A stretch of 64,000 nt of DNA from Bigelowiella natans CCMP2755 (taxonomy: Eukaryota > Protista > Cercozoa), in assembly GCA_000320545.1 (NCBI GenBank), contig ADNK01001017.1, forward strand, positions 38,945-102,944, read 5' to 3'. The notes beneath the pieces were generated by a model. That model saw nothing but the letters and a program-made list of their open reading frames with translations. It ran no database searches and had not been told where the DNA came from. Positions 46,800 to 60,182 of this stretch are shown piece after piece. The position numbers and the translations under genes are program-made. Every line of letters begins with the position of its first letter. Within the stretch, counting starts at the first letter, position 1.

Positions 46800-48082
46800 T
46801 ACACATTTCAACATTTTCAGTGGATACGTACCGACATAGCATTTTGAACGGGAGGATTTCTCGAATCCAAACCCGGCTACCTCGTAGTAGAAGGGTTGTT
46901 CACGCGTGCTGGTAGACTATACTACTGGTGGAGGCAAGGCATTGGGATCACCGACGAGATCGCACGACGAGACTTCTTCGGAATGTATATTCTTCCTTCC
47001 TAACTCCTTACTTTGCTCTTTTTGGAACTGTTTCTGTAAAGTTGCAATTCGTTCTGTAGAGAATTTGAATATATCGAGATTCGGTGTGATGACTTTTGAT
47101 GACCAGGAACCAACGTGCAACTGCATCTGTTCTTTGGATCTCTGGCTGGGAAATTTCTCGTAATTAGCAGTCTCCATGGGAAGAGGAAGGAGGCCTGTTG
47201 TTGTTGTTTTTGAATTGTGCCTACTGCTGCACACTTTGCTGTCGATGGAGTTGTTTCCTTTCTCAATTCCCGACGACCCATGAAGAGATGCAGGAAGACG
47301 ACTCTGTTGTCTAACTCGATGAGAATGCAGGTTAAGAAACTGCAGTTCTGAAAACAGCAGTTTCTGCACCTCATCCTCCTGCTGTTGGAGCTTCTGCTCG
47401 CTATTGTTTTCTCGCTGACATGCCAATCCTCCAGGCCGAATTTTCGATTTTTTGAGCTCCTATTACAAACTCTGGTTATCAGTAGGGCTATCAATCTCTC
47501 TTGGGTTGTTGCAATACGGCATGCAACAACATAAAACAAACTATAGTCGGATACTTCGACTTCTGCTGGCTCACGAACAGAACCATATCACTAAGTGATT
47601 TCTCTTCCTACCTGCTGATAGGATTGAGCATATTGTTTAGCATAACTAAGTGATCCATCATATTCTTCACGACTGGATTTGAAAGGGATATCCTGCTCCT
47701 CGCCATCAGCTCCACAGCAGCTACTATCTGCATAATATTATATAAATTCATGCTGGTGTACGCATACCTCAATAGTATACTCAAACACAATCGTGTTCAG
47801 AGAGTATTTCCTCAATTTCAACTTCCATTATTGATCAAATATCATAAAGGATAGTTGACGTGAATCTTTCATAAAAGTTAATGCATCGAATATCAATGCC
47901 AGGGAAAGTTTAAATCATTCTAAATATAGCAGGGGGACCGTTTCTAGTCCTGGCTTTCAGCTTCATTTGCGCTTCTCCTTTATATATCGATGACTGTGAT
48001 TTTGATGGTAAAGCAGAGAATCTGCTGTGTTCAAGGAGTAACTCCAGGAGGTCACAATCGTCAGCAGATGCTTCTTCACCCA
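46800..48082 (-). CDS. Hypothetical spliced protein
   Basis: Open frames 46917-47426 and 47608-47790 plus an upstream exon starting MGEEASADDCDLLELLLEH, separated by short GT-AG introns. No recognisable domain. Confidence 0.5.
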
Positions 48083-48315
48083 TTTCTTTTTAAACAATCC
48101 TGCACATGAACTACATTAAATGTCGTGTGGAAGTCATTCACACCTCGCTGACTAATTGAACAACTACCCGCACGTTTACTTCTTCCTGGATAGACCTGGT
48201 AAGTTATTTTATGTTTCTCTAGATAAAACTAAAGATTATCTGGGTGGATCCATTTTGTTCTGCTCGGTTTGTGTTTGGTTCGAAGAAGAATAAGTCTTAT
48301 AGAAAGCCCTCATCT

Positions 48316-50379
48316 ATGCTTGACGCAGGCGGAGAATGGCATGCATTTATTATCATTATGATCATCATTATTTACTGTTATTTTAATTATTACGATGACG
48401 CAGGAAGAGAATGGCATCCATTTTTAAATGTCATCACAATCCAGACAATTCGTGCTCTACTGTCCTACCCCCAGCAGCAAGCATACGACGCAATAATAAT
48501 CCCAAACGTGTTATTCCTTCTTCTCCATCTCTCCAAGCGCGTTCAATTGTTGGTTGCTTTCTATTTGTTGGTGATATTGGTGCTGATATCTTTCCCAGAG
48601 GCTCATCGTCACGCAATAAAAGCAGTAGTCTCCACACCAATCCAAATCGGCGCTGGACTTCAATCGTCTTCCACGATGAAGGAGCAGTTGCCTGACAAAG
48701 ACATCATTGACACAAAATCGGTGACGCTATACATATGCCGGTGAGTAGGTTCCTGTATGCTTTGTCATTGTATCAGGAAGGAAAAAATAATTTGTCATAT
48801 TAGACATGGGGAAACTGACTGGAACGTGGAGAAACGCATTCAGGTCGTGATTGCAAACACAATTTGTCACTAAGGAATGTCAACGATAATTTTTGAAGGC
48901 GGTTTTTAATTGATACTGTGTTTTTTTCAAGGGTCAAACAGACACTGTGTTGAATTCCAATGGGAAACGGCAGGCTAGACTTTTAGCAAAGGCACACACA
49001 ACTGCTCTTCTACTCAATTCACGACTATGGGGTTACTAACCCTAATGTTGTTTTTGTCGTTCTTCCAGGCTTTGGAATCAAAACCATGCACTGCCATTGT
49101 TTCTTCTGACCTCAAGTACGTACAAAATAGTTGCAACGATTGAGTAATAACCTATAGAAAATAGCACATTCCAGGATACAGCGATGTAATGAATGGAAGA
49201 AAAGAAGGATGAGAAGGATAATGGAGATGTTAGTGACACAATAGGTACTAGTGCAACCAAACATCATGACTCTTTTTCTAATAACAATTGTAGGAGGGCG
49301 CATGAGACAGCATCTATAGTAAGGAATTACTGGTATACACATTAAGTAGTAATACACTTGAGCTTTCAGTGAAAGGAGATTGTAAAGGCATCAAATGATC
49401 GATTTACTTGCTGCCTATTCTTCCGAAGGTTGGGGAAAGAAGATATTGACGACGACAGAGAATCATGTAGTACCAGAGATAAGAATACAAAAGCGACTTC
49501 AATAGCACATGTGCCTAAAATTATCACGGATTCCAAGCTGAGAGAGTTACACGCTGGGGACCTTCAAGTGAGTTTTAAACCATATTTTTATCATTTTTCG
49601 AAAAATATATTTATTCGTGAAGCGTCTCTATCCTCTTCCTTTTTCACTCCTATTCCTCAAAATGACGTTCTGCCAGGCTTCCTCTTGCTCTCCCTCACAT
49701 TCTGCTGTTGAGTTTTCCGTCTCCTTCCACTTTATTTTCTTGTTACCTCAGTTCTCCTAGCTTTACCTTTTCGAGCTTTCCAACCTTTCCCCACCTTATT
49801 ATGCTGTTATTGTGCTGCTACTATTGTTCTAGGGAGCAATAAGTACCGACCCAAAAATTTCAAGAATTCGTACCTTATTAAATGGTGAATGGAAGCAGGG
49901 CAAAACAAACCGAAAGTAGTATTCAAACTGTGGATTTAATGATCACGAGTTACAATTATGAGAAATTAATTAAGTGTTACCCAGCTAGTATGAATGGTTG
50001 ACGTCGTTGTAGTGCATGCTGTTTTTCATAATTCGATTGTGTCTTTTCCATCATACCAGATATCCTGGTTCAGGTGGGGAATCTCTTGACGATTTGGTCA
50101 GCCGAGCGTATCAAGGACTGAAGAATGTCATAAGCATGATGATAGTTAGTTATGATAATGTGATGATAATGATAACAATGATGATAAGAGATAACTATGA
50201 TGGCATTAATATGATGGAACCATCATTTTGAGATTTGCTGGTGGGATACAAGCTTGTACACATACAAGTACTACCTACAACATTATCCCAAATTAAATAT
50301 ATATATATAACTAGGCGGCGAAGCTCGGGGGAAAGGGAGGACATGTGTTCGTGTTTTCCCACGGAGGCCTTATAAAGTA

Positions 50380-50412
<33 letters not shown>

Positions 50413-50713
50413 CGTAGTAGCAGCGGTGGTCGTATAGAAGGGCCTAGTTGCAATCCAAATGGCCTCACTGGAGGGGGAGGGGTCGTCAGTGCTAAGGAAA
50501 ATGATTTGCAATAATAACTAAAGAATAAGAAACACTGATTGAGATATGATAGTTGCCTGAAATTCCCTACATACACAACCACAATACAATAAGCATGTAC
50601 ATTTTATCACGACAAATATATAATTCAGGAGCATAGCCAAGGATATTATCGACAAAACGAATAAAAAAACAATGTACCTAATGCGTAAACTGCCGATATT
50701 TCATAAGTCAACG

Positions 50714-50756
<43 letters not shown>

Positions 50757-51080
50757 ATCGACAATAACCGGCAATGCTGGAATGGACAATAATATAATGT
50801 ACCTTTCTATTACTTGAATAGACGATAATATATTCTGAGTCCCATTGTGTGGTTGTTTTATGTAGGTTGAAACCTGCAACTAACTGCTGTCTATCGACAA
50901 TAAAATACTCAATGGAATCCGACTCTTTCGAAATCGTAAGAAGAAGAACACATTTATGTAGCACAAATATGTTTGCATTTCATTGAGAAGTGAGAAAATA
51001 GACCGTTTCGATGTATGTGATTACAACTACTATCACGACTCCATATTTGATAATAAAAAATATCGAAGGTAAAAATGTTT
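48316..51080 (+). CDS. Histidine phosphatase / phosphoglycerate mutase family protein with an N-terminal hydrophobic segment; ends approximate
   Basis: TLYICR|HGETDWNVEKRIQ|GQTDTVLNSNGKRQA, AIVSSDL..RAHETA, LRELHAGDLQ, GGESLDDLVSRA, FVFSHGGLI, NCCLS. The RHG and second His motifs are intact. Confidence 0.9.
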
Positions 51081-51289
51081 GAGCGAGTCATAAGTGAGGA
51101 CGCCAAAGATGATACAGGGTAATGATGAAAATAAGCTCTTCTTTGAAACGGAGCTCTTGCATTTTGTCCTCCTAGTGATCAAAACTAAAATTCAGAACTT
51201 TCAACTATGGAAACAAGCAATGTGTTGCATCTAATGAGAACGTGAAATTGAGCATCTTTAAAACAATTAAGGCTGCGTTCTCAGTGTCT

Positions 51290-51920
51290 GCTCTTGTGAT
51301 GAAAGATGCATGCAAGTGTCCTCGCCCATCCATGTTGATACGTTGCAGGATCTAGACCACCTTCCTTCATTCCAAGTTTCCGCTCAAGCGCTCGAGCATG
51401 ATGAGCCTTATACCTGCTTGAATTTTCGCGTTATGCAAGATCCCTGCCTGCTTTCTCTCTCGATCTATATATTTTGGCGTGGCTGCTGTTTTCATTTGTT
51501 TGCTGTGTTCGGCTTCTATTTATTTGTCGCTGAAGGGCCGAAGCTCAAATGCATGCATGCATGTGGCGCTTGTATTGCATGTGCCATAATTGCCCATCTG
51601 TAGCTGAACTACTATAGCTTCATTTGTGTTGCTAGATTGTTTGTGCAACGTTACAGCTTACTAGGATGACCATTGAACAAATTGAATTGATTAATTACAT
51701 CCGTCTTAACATGCAGCTTATTAGCTTAACCACAACTAGACAATAACGCTAGAACGCATCGGTACATCAATGAGGTTTGCATGCAACCTCACTGTAGCTA
51801 CATGCCTGCTCGAGATGATTGCATCCGCATGCAATCACATCCACATGCTATATAGCTAGTACATGAATGAAAGCTCCAAAACTAATGATACAGCGAACTA
51901 CACTTAGCGCATGCTTATTT
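51290..51920. repeat. TpA-depleted island with a LINE 3' remnant (51662-51706)
   Basis: taggatgaccattgaacaaattgaattgattaattacatccgtc matches 31369-31412 and 59343-59385. GCATGCATG runs. Confidence 0.65.
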
Positions 51921-52236
51921 GCTTATTAATAACACATAAAATCATGGTTTTCCCGGAAAACGTAGTAGTATACTAAGAACTAAGATATTTGACAAATATA
52001 AAACGAGAACAAAAACGCAGCACATAGTGTACGTACGTTTAATGATATATCATCATGTCACCGAATTGGAACTAACGGTACATAAAAACCTATATTTTGC
52101 GTAACTGAACAACCAGGGAATTTAAATTGTAAATCAAACTGTACAATTTTAATCAGATCTCACATTCCCTTTTCACATACTGTCAAGGCATGATTGTGAC
52201 AAACGGGTGATATTAACGATTCTTCCGTCTGTATTC

Positions 52237-52968
52237 CTAACTACCAAACGCATAACGCCTGATGTGAAATGAAGCATATTCTGCAATAATTCTCAAGATC
52301 ATTGGTTTTGCAGAAATTGTGACCAGCGCAGCATACGAGTAAAATTTGTAAGCAGATTTTCCGAGATCAACAGCTTGACATCCGTATCGATAAACTTTCT
52401 CCAGTGTGCTTTCGGGCTTTAAGTTCACGACGGCTTTATCAATTATCTCTACAATGGGAAATTAATGAGACAATTAGGGAGAAATAAATGAAGAGTGAAC
52501 GTAATTTTGGCAGACCATACCTTTCAAAGAGCGATCATCCAAGTTCCTAATTTCTACTTCCTTCGGCATGTCCATAATGAAACACTAATCCAATAACATA
52601 ATGGTGGAATTGAACGAACCGAAATCGATATTACTGTGGACAAAGGGAGATACCTTAACAATGAAATCATTGACAGCTCCTTTAACTTCATCCATACTAA
52701 TAACCTCGAAACCATCTTCTACTCCGGTGGGGGTCTTAACCATCACCCAAACCTCTTTCCGCTCGTTTTCAGTCTTCGGCTTCTTTCCTTTCTCATCCTC
52801 AGTCATTTCCTCTCCATCTTCATTCAAAAAAACTATATCCATACTATGATCCACCTTCGAAGTTTCCGAAATATCCGAATTTTCTACATTCGTTGAAACA
52901 ACAGCCACACGCATGGAGTCTGCCTTTTGGGGGGGAGCCCCTCCTTCCTCTTCGAGGTGAGAGGACAT
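52237..52968 (-). CDS. Hypothetical protein with acidic N-terminus, about 3 exons
   Basis: MSSHLEEEG...WVMVK...FEVISMDEVKGAVNDFIVK|CFIMDMPKEVEIRNLDDRSLK|RIIDKAV...YAFGS* joined through two short GT-AG introns. Confidence 0.6.
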
Positions 52969-53675
52969 TCTTCCGTTCCCTGCCTTTTTCAGATTTAATT
53001 CTCGGTGTAGCTGAATTGACTCTTTATGTTTTATAGGACAAATTCGAGTAATTTTTCAATTATTCACCATTTCTTTGATAAATTAGTATGCACCTAGAAA
53101 ATAAAACACTTCTGACGCCCTGTCTGCCAAGAAACACCCGATCATTGTTTGTCTCATGGGGTGAATTTCATCTTTTTGTTGTATCATATTATTTCATTCT
53201 CGAGCTATGAAACACAGCAACACAGCCGTTCTTCTTCCGAGCAACAATGAACATCAGCAATTAAAAGTTCTTCTGTTATCTTCTTCATTTTCTGCTTTTC
53301 TTTTTCTGTCGCACATCAGATACGCACGACGTACGTAGTTCTTTGGACATCATTATCATTATCATCATTGTTATCTCATTTTGTCGTTGTTCCATGGCAT
53401 CATTGCTTGGGAGGCGGACAGACAGAGACGCAGTCAAAATGGAACAACGCTACCTAGATCTCGCTCCAGTCGAACTGTGCCGACTACAGGAGGGGGAGAG
53501 TCACTGAAGTACAAAAACAGGTTATCATCTTGAATAAAATACTCCCACCTCAGTCCACATATGTAACTGATTTTACGCAGTGTACTCATTCCTAAAACAA
53601 CTCTTCTCTGCTTCCAAGAAATCCTCCAATGCGCAATCCAGTTTGATAAAGCCCATCAAGAGAGCGGACGGAGGC

Positions 53676-54474
53676 ATGACAGATTCTAAAGTTAACTTAC
53701 TTAATCGCCTGGTGGATTATTTCTTGGTCTGTGTCTAATAATTATCCATGAACGGAGAGAACTTAACTGAATAACTTCCAACAATATGGTCAGGTCGTGG
53801 GACTTAGTGAGGAAAAAGAACCTGAGGTAAAAAATTGATTGAATGTGCAATATCGAGTGTTCACCAAATATTCTTCAGATAATGTTTACACAAGACGCTG
53901 GGCCAGTTTATAAGCCTCAATTAATAGACAGGTGATTCGCCTCATATCCTTGCAGCATATCCGATTTACTACTCACCATGTAAATGGTTAATTAGATACC
54001 CAACAATGGACTATGAGGACATTCCTTTTCCCCCTGGAGTAGAGATCTTCTGCATACCGCAAGGCGTTATTCCGAAAACAACGATCGAGTTACCAACGTA
54101 ATACAATGGAATCTCTGTCCAGTTGTTTTTGTAAGAATTTCAAACGAAACCACATTTAGGTTTCACCACTTTGCTGCTACTCTGGGAAATGGGGATCGTT
54201 TGCATGGGACCTGTCTCCGTTTTTATGAACCGGTTGCATGATATGATAGTTATTAGGAAATACTGAACCTGTGAAATATAGTTGGCATCATCAGAAATGG
54301 TAGATTCACTAAGGGGAATGGTTGATTATGGTAGGTACCTGAGAAGCTTCTTCCTAAAATTCGAGAGCATATTGAAAACATGAAATCTGAAGGATGGCGC
54401 ACACCCAACTCTGAATCTGCGACGAATGAGAAGTCTACTTCTGCCGAAGTGGCTCAGCGAGATGAAGAGTACGA

Positions 54475-54512
<38 letters not shown>

Positions 54513-57088
54513 TGATCATTTTCTATATATGTACATGGAATGTAGACTTGAATATTAACCATCAGGTGCAAGCATTCAGAGGACTGTGATGTAGGAAATA
54601 GTATTTTAAGTTCCATACCTCGAGCTACGCCAATACCGTCGACGGAGAACAAGAATGGGAAAAATAGTGGCAATTCAGATCCAATTGGTATAAACGACAG
54701 TAATAATTAAAATAATGATGCTTTACCACGCCATTCCGAAAAAAAACAGTAACAACAACAAAATTCATTGCCAATTCCATAAACTCTTTCCAATCCAAAG
54801 ACTCTGTAGATCTGGATCAAGTCAACTTCACTCTTGAGGCGTTACCAGCACCAGAAAGAAAGTCCAAGTTCATTGTAGAACGGAGAACTTCAAGTATAGT
54901 AGAGGTGAATACTATCCGTCTCATTCAAAAACTAAAGTTTATAAATTATTACAAACATATGTTATTTGACCAAAGCAGCAGGGTTGCAAATCTGGACTGA
55001 GGAGCCGGTCTGATATAAGAGATGAGGAGGAGGAGCAATGCAGCTCTACTAAAGATGATCATACCGTGAAAGAAAGAATCCAAGAGGATGATGTCGACAA
55101 AGATGTTATTGGACAACATATACTACAACATGATCAGAGCAGCCTTCCATCTCCCGCCTCACCACCACCACCGATGAAAACAATTTCCTCAGATGTCGAC
55201 AGTAAAGCAGCCAGAACAAAAGCTATTACCATCCAGGTGAGAGCAGCAAACTCAAAAGAAGAAGAAGCACCTCCAAACATAGCAGCAGCAGCAGGAGGAG
55301 GAGGAGGAGGAGGAGGAGGAAAAACGGATCAAGGTGGTGGCAGCAGGTTGCCACTGCCTGCTACGAACGCCAATATTGCAACAACCACCGCAGCTGCTCC
55401 TGAAGAATCCACAGTGTTCAGGAAAACTGCTAATGTTTCTGGTGGGATGCAGCAGCAGCAGAGTCATAAGAAGAAGAAAGATGTGATTTATGCGACCAAA
55501 TGCATATGTATAGTCTCGCATTACGGTTTCTTCACGCAGTATCTTGATTTCCTTCGAGAGCTGTACCGTATATCACTCTCTCCCTCGAAAACACCGATGG
55601 AACGCTACATCGTTAATTTTGCTCGCGAAACCCCTCTGCCTCCTCGGGGGTGTTTGGAAATTAAATACAAAATTGGCCAACAGGAACTGATATTTTCGCG
55701 TCCTCCTCCTAATGCCCCGATAGATTCACCACCATTTCCTTTATTGGACTTGTTTCGAGTTATAACACCCGAGACTGCGGTTAGAATATTAACGGCTCTT
55801 TTGCTTGAAGCACGTGTTGTGTTAGTATCGACGCCATACAGCAATCTGACTCTCGTTTCAGAGCTCATTACTCGTTTAATGTATCCTTTTGCGTATGAAC
55901 ATGTTTATATCCCAATTCTTCCAAAAACACTCATGGATTTCTTGGCCGCGCCTATGCCTTTTTGCATAGGCATACCGAGAGATTTTTTGGAGGTTGATGA
56001 CCTACGTGAGGTATTGAGAGATAAAGAGGATATGCTGCTTGTTGATTTGGACAATAATGAAATTCATTCAACGGCCGATCTCACTCCGATCCCCCCTGCC
56101 GAGCTTAAGAAGCTGTACAAACGTTTGCGGCCACTGAATCGGATGTACCGAGCGAGACATATAATGTCTTCACTAGAGATGAAAGCATTCCGGGGGAGAG
56201 ATTCAGCATTCAATTACATACCTTCACCCGAGGAACTGGATAATTTAAATCAATCTCTTCCTGTAATTGATGATGGAGAAATTACGTCTGTACAAGGTGC
56301 CTTTCTGCGGGTTTTTGTATCACTTTTCAAGGATTATCGGAAGTATTTAGTACCAAGGCGTCCACCAAGTGCTACTCCTAGCAATACAACGAGCGAGGGA
56401 GGTTCAACGGCGGGAACAGAGAAAAAAACAAACATAGATAGCAGGTTCGTGGAGAACCAATTAGATGATGAACCATCGTTCAGAACGAGGGATTTCTTAC
56501 GACATCAAAGTCGGGAGGCAAAGCCATTCTTATCCCGATTCCTCGAAACACAGGCTTTCCAACGTTTCACAGATCAACGTGTTGCCCCTGGCCCTATGCC
56601 TGGAGAAGTCGAGAATTATGATATAAAATTTTTTGACGAAAGTATTATAGCGAAGTATAATCGGTCTCGATTCCGTTTTTCAAAGCCAACACCTTTTCTC
56701 AACGATAAAACTTTTGATGTCAAAGAAAGTTTACCTGCTCCTGATCCAGACATCAGCGGTCTTCCTCAAGGAAGGATATATCAACACACATATTTTCCTC
56801 GATTAGATCCGAATTTATTTCAAGCAAAAAGGAGATCCCTAAAGAATGAACCCCTTCTTGATAAGCTGAAGCATCTGAATCCAGCTGTTCTGCCTGCTGG
56901 TAGTTCGCAAAATCGCCACCGGAAAAAAAGAAAGGACTCTCTTCGGTCTATTCCTGAACTTGTCAAGGTATTGCAACCATTTCTAAGCGAGTAAATGTAT
57001 TCATCTATTTCAGAAATCAATGAAGGGTGAAATCAATGAAGGGTATAAATTGTTTGATGCTATGATATATTTCATGATGCGCTGACAT

Positions 57089-57126
<38 letters not shown>

Positions 57127-57606
57127 TTACGACATTTTGTACATAGCATATGTCTGTGACAAGTCAGAGGAGCAAGACTGGACGCGTAGCTTCCAGATCG
57201 TAATAATTGCTGTTCTACAGCATTCACTTATAATCTTTTCTTTCTCCGCCTTCTCCCTTCTTTATTTCTCTCACCCAGAACGTGTTTGTCCCTTTACAGT
57301 GGAATTCTCTTCATGAATGAATATGACTTTTTAATGAGTATCTTACTGTTGTATCTAAGATTTCGTCTTTAAAAAAAGTCAACAATGAAATGGATCTTTT
57401 CCCCTGAACCCTATGTGTCCGCATAATTTTCGTCCAGATTCCTATTCGATGCATCCAGTGCAAATACCCCCCCAAGTGGTGGTAAGGAGAGTAGCAGTGG
57501 TGGTGCTACTTCTATAAGGAATGGTGCCGCCAGATCATCGCGAATATCTGGGGAAATAGTAGTAAACCAAGTAAATGATTCGAAAGGGTTAGCAACTGAA
57601 CATTAG
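53676..57606 (+). CDS. DENN-domain protein (Rab GEF family) with uDENN, cDENN and dDENN
   Basis: RLVDYFL|VVG, LIDR|YP..DYEDIPFPPGVEIFCIPQG, FAATLGNGDRLHGTCLRFYE (uDENN); TKCICIVSHYGFF...ETPLPPRG...ALLLEARVVLVS...LMYPFAYEHVYIPILP...LAAPMPFCIGI...LVDLD (cDENN); AFLRVFVSLFKDYRKYL...FLETQAFQRF (dDENN). Confidence 0.93.
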
Positions 57607-57859
57607 GATAAAGTAGGTGTCGCAAGTGCGATGATGGCTAGTGGTGACAGTGATATCATCGGTGTTGAAGCAGAATCTGCACATAGCAAAATACCATAGA
57701 AGGTTCATGGGCTTTGATCCACTTGCAAGTCAGCCATCTAAGACTGAAATTGTGCAATCACTGAGCATTCTTTGGTGCAGTTTGAAACTCAGCTGGGCTA
57801 TTTGTTGTGCACATAGACTAGCTTTGGCTTTGGAGCTGGCAACAAATGATGAAGGCAAA

Positions 57860-58500
57860 TAATGCCTAATGCAATGGTTGCCGCGCAGCAAAACTGTTCT
57901 GTTCGAATGAATGGTTCCTAACGAACAGTTTTTGCTGTTCCTTTCATTCGAACAGTTTCGATTGTGCATTTGCGAACAGTTTTTTTGTCGAATGCATTCA
58001 CTGAGTGTTTCGAACGAAAAACAAACATGCGTGCTTCATTGTGCAGATGTTCTGTGCTAGTGTCGTGCGATGTGTACGTTCAGGGACATCCTCCTGTAGA
58101 CATGTGTTCCTGCTAGCCTGGCCAGTTGGCCAGTGCCACACAGCCTCCGTGCGTGCATGCTCTGCTAGTCTGGCTAGCTGGCCAATGTTCATCATGTGGC
58201 ATGCTCTACTGCTTTGAGCAATCTAGCGATTGCCAAATGACGACTACTTTGAAAATTCATGCGAAAAGGAATGGAATGTAAATGGTGTTTGCCGCCAAAC
58301 CATATTTGTCTGCCATTCGTTTTCGCCTGAATTTTTGATAAAGTAACCGATTTGTTCGAATGAATAGTCTACACTAGCTAGCTAGCTACCGGCCAGCTAG
58401 CCAGCATTGTATGTGTGGACCTAGCCAGTGTTTGCTTCGAGCAAAAATCATCATTTCTTGGTTTGTGTTCGCGATCGAATGAACTAGTGAATGTGAATGT
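57860..58500. repeat. Palindrome-rich non-coding repeat (possible transposon terminal region or MITE), TpA-depleted
   Basis: 13-bp perfect inverted repeat 57899-57911 / 57943-57955; recurring TTCGAA/GAACAG motifs; ~84-bp hairpin at 58252-58335. Confidence 0.5.
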
Positions 58501-58599
58501 GTGTTAATTGCAAACGTGTTCGGTTTCAACATGATGGACATGCAATGCACTGTGCACATGTACACATGTGTATGTGCACATGTATGAACCAATGCATGG

Positions 58600-59423
58600 G
58601 TGGAGGACGTTGCTGGCAGCGGACACGTGGTGGAAGAAGAAGTGCTCAATTGGAGCTCCTTCGGTTATCACATTGAATCCTTGATGGAACACAAATGGCA
58701 CAACACGACTAGATCGTGGAACAGAGTGTCCTTGTACCGCCGACTCAGTTTGATCACGACCAAACTGCTTCGGGCGGAATGCCCCACAACTCGTGCTACC
58801 AACGAAACACTGAAAAAGAAATTGAGTGCACACAACAAAAAGATCATGCGGAACGCCGCATCTAATTTCGAAAAAAACTGGAAAAAAGAGGGAACCAAGG
58901 CCATGCATTTGAAGAAACTAGACTTCATGCCTGGTTCGCGGACAACAGGGATCACATTGAAGCTGCCAAGCATTGCCACATCATGGATGCACGCCATTTG
59001 TGGCGCTGGCAATCTTGGATCATTCATGCTGTCCAGAGGGCAGCGCACAAAACCAGAGGCAACGTGCGCTGCGTGCAACACATTGCAAGACATGGACCAC
59101 ATTGTGCAATGCTGCAAGTGCGGCCCACAGAGACTCAGATTCAACAAACAACTGACGGCGATCATGGATCGCAATGACGAAACTGCGCGTCTCACACCCG
59201 CAGAAAAAACAAGTCGAGCTGCTGCGCGAGAAGCGCGCCATGCTAGACCTAATCATCGTGCATTTTCATGCATGCATCATGTGACTGAGGAAACCAACAG
59301 ATACAACTTAAGCGCTGTAGCCGCTGCATTGCATAGCTACATTAGGATGACCATTGAAAAATTTAAACATTTCATTACATCCGTCTCATATATATATACA
59401 TGTATATATATGTATATATATAT
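58600..59423 (+). mobile_element. 5'-truncated non-LTR retrotransposon (LINE ORF2 C-terminus with CCHC zinc knuckle and TA-rich tail), TpA-hypermutated
   Basis: ORF contains TCAACNTLQDMDHIVQCCKCGPQR (C-x2-C-x7-H-x3-C), followed by a tatatatatacatgtatatata tail. Three more 3'-end copies occur in the window. No RT motif is retained, so the class rests on the knuckle, the 5' truncation and the tail. Confidence 0.7.
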
Positions 59424-59499
59424 AATACATTGTGTATTGCTGTGTCTAATATATATGCGTGTATTGCTGTGTCTATCATTAACGATTCGTTAATTGCCG

Positions 59500-60000
59500 G
59501 CCCCATTCATGGCCATTCTAGCATTGCTAGCTGCTAGCTAGCATTGGCGGCATGCTAGCATGTCGTTGCTTCATTGGATCATGCTAGAATGCTACATAGC
59601 ACACATATATGCAACACATGCACACGTGCGCATGCAGCAGGCGTGCAGGTTCGTTCGATCGATACGATCAGCACGCTAGCACGCGCACAGACTGCTAGAT
59701 CATCGCAGTGGCAGGAAGAGCAGAGCTAGAGAGAGTGGCAGTTGAACAAACGTGTCGCGTGTGTCTAATGACGTACATGTTGGGTTCCGCAACAACGCAT
59801 CGCAGGAGCGTCGATCGGGCGCGTGCATGCTAGACATGCCTAGCTAGCTAGCTAGATGCACACAGCAGTGCGACATGGAGGTCATGCAGTCATGCACAAT
59901 GACAGCGGCATGTGGTATGAATAATCCTGTGTGCAATTGACACTCCGCATGGGACATCTCCTCGCCACATGGTATTGCCAGTCCACATGGTAGACTAGCT
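59500..60000. repeat. CTAG/CATG-rich TpA-depleted repeat
   Basis: (GCTA)n and GCATG runs; 18-nt identity with 6022-6039. Confidence 0.6.
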
Positions 60001-60182
60001 ATGTGTGTCGATCGCGTCAGAAAGGATTATTAATGTCACACTCATTTGCAAGATGAGGCCATGTAACGATGCACCATTGATGCACTTGCTTTGGAGACCT
60101 GCGAACTGAACTGAAAAACCATAATAATTGCTACTCTGTTCTCTGTGATATTCTGTGCCACGGCGCTCTGCTAACAATGAAT

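Noticed and set aside
49037-49045. Single taaccctaa-type motifs here and near 63090
   Set aside because: One repeat unit is expected by chance and has no flanking duplication.
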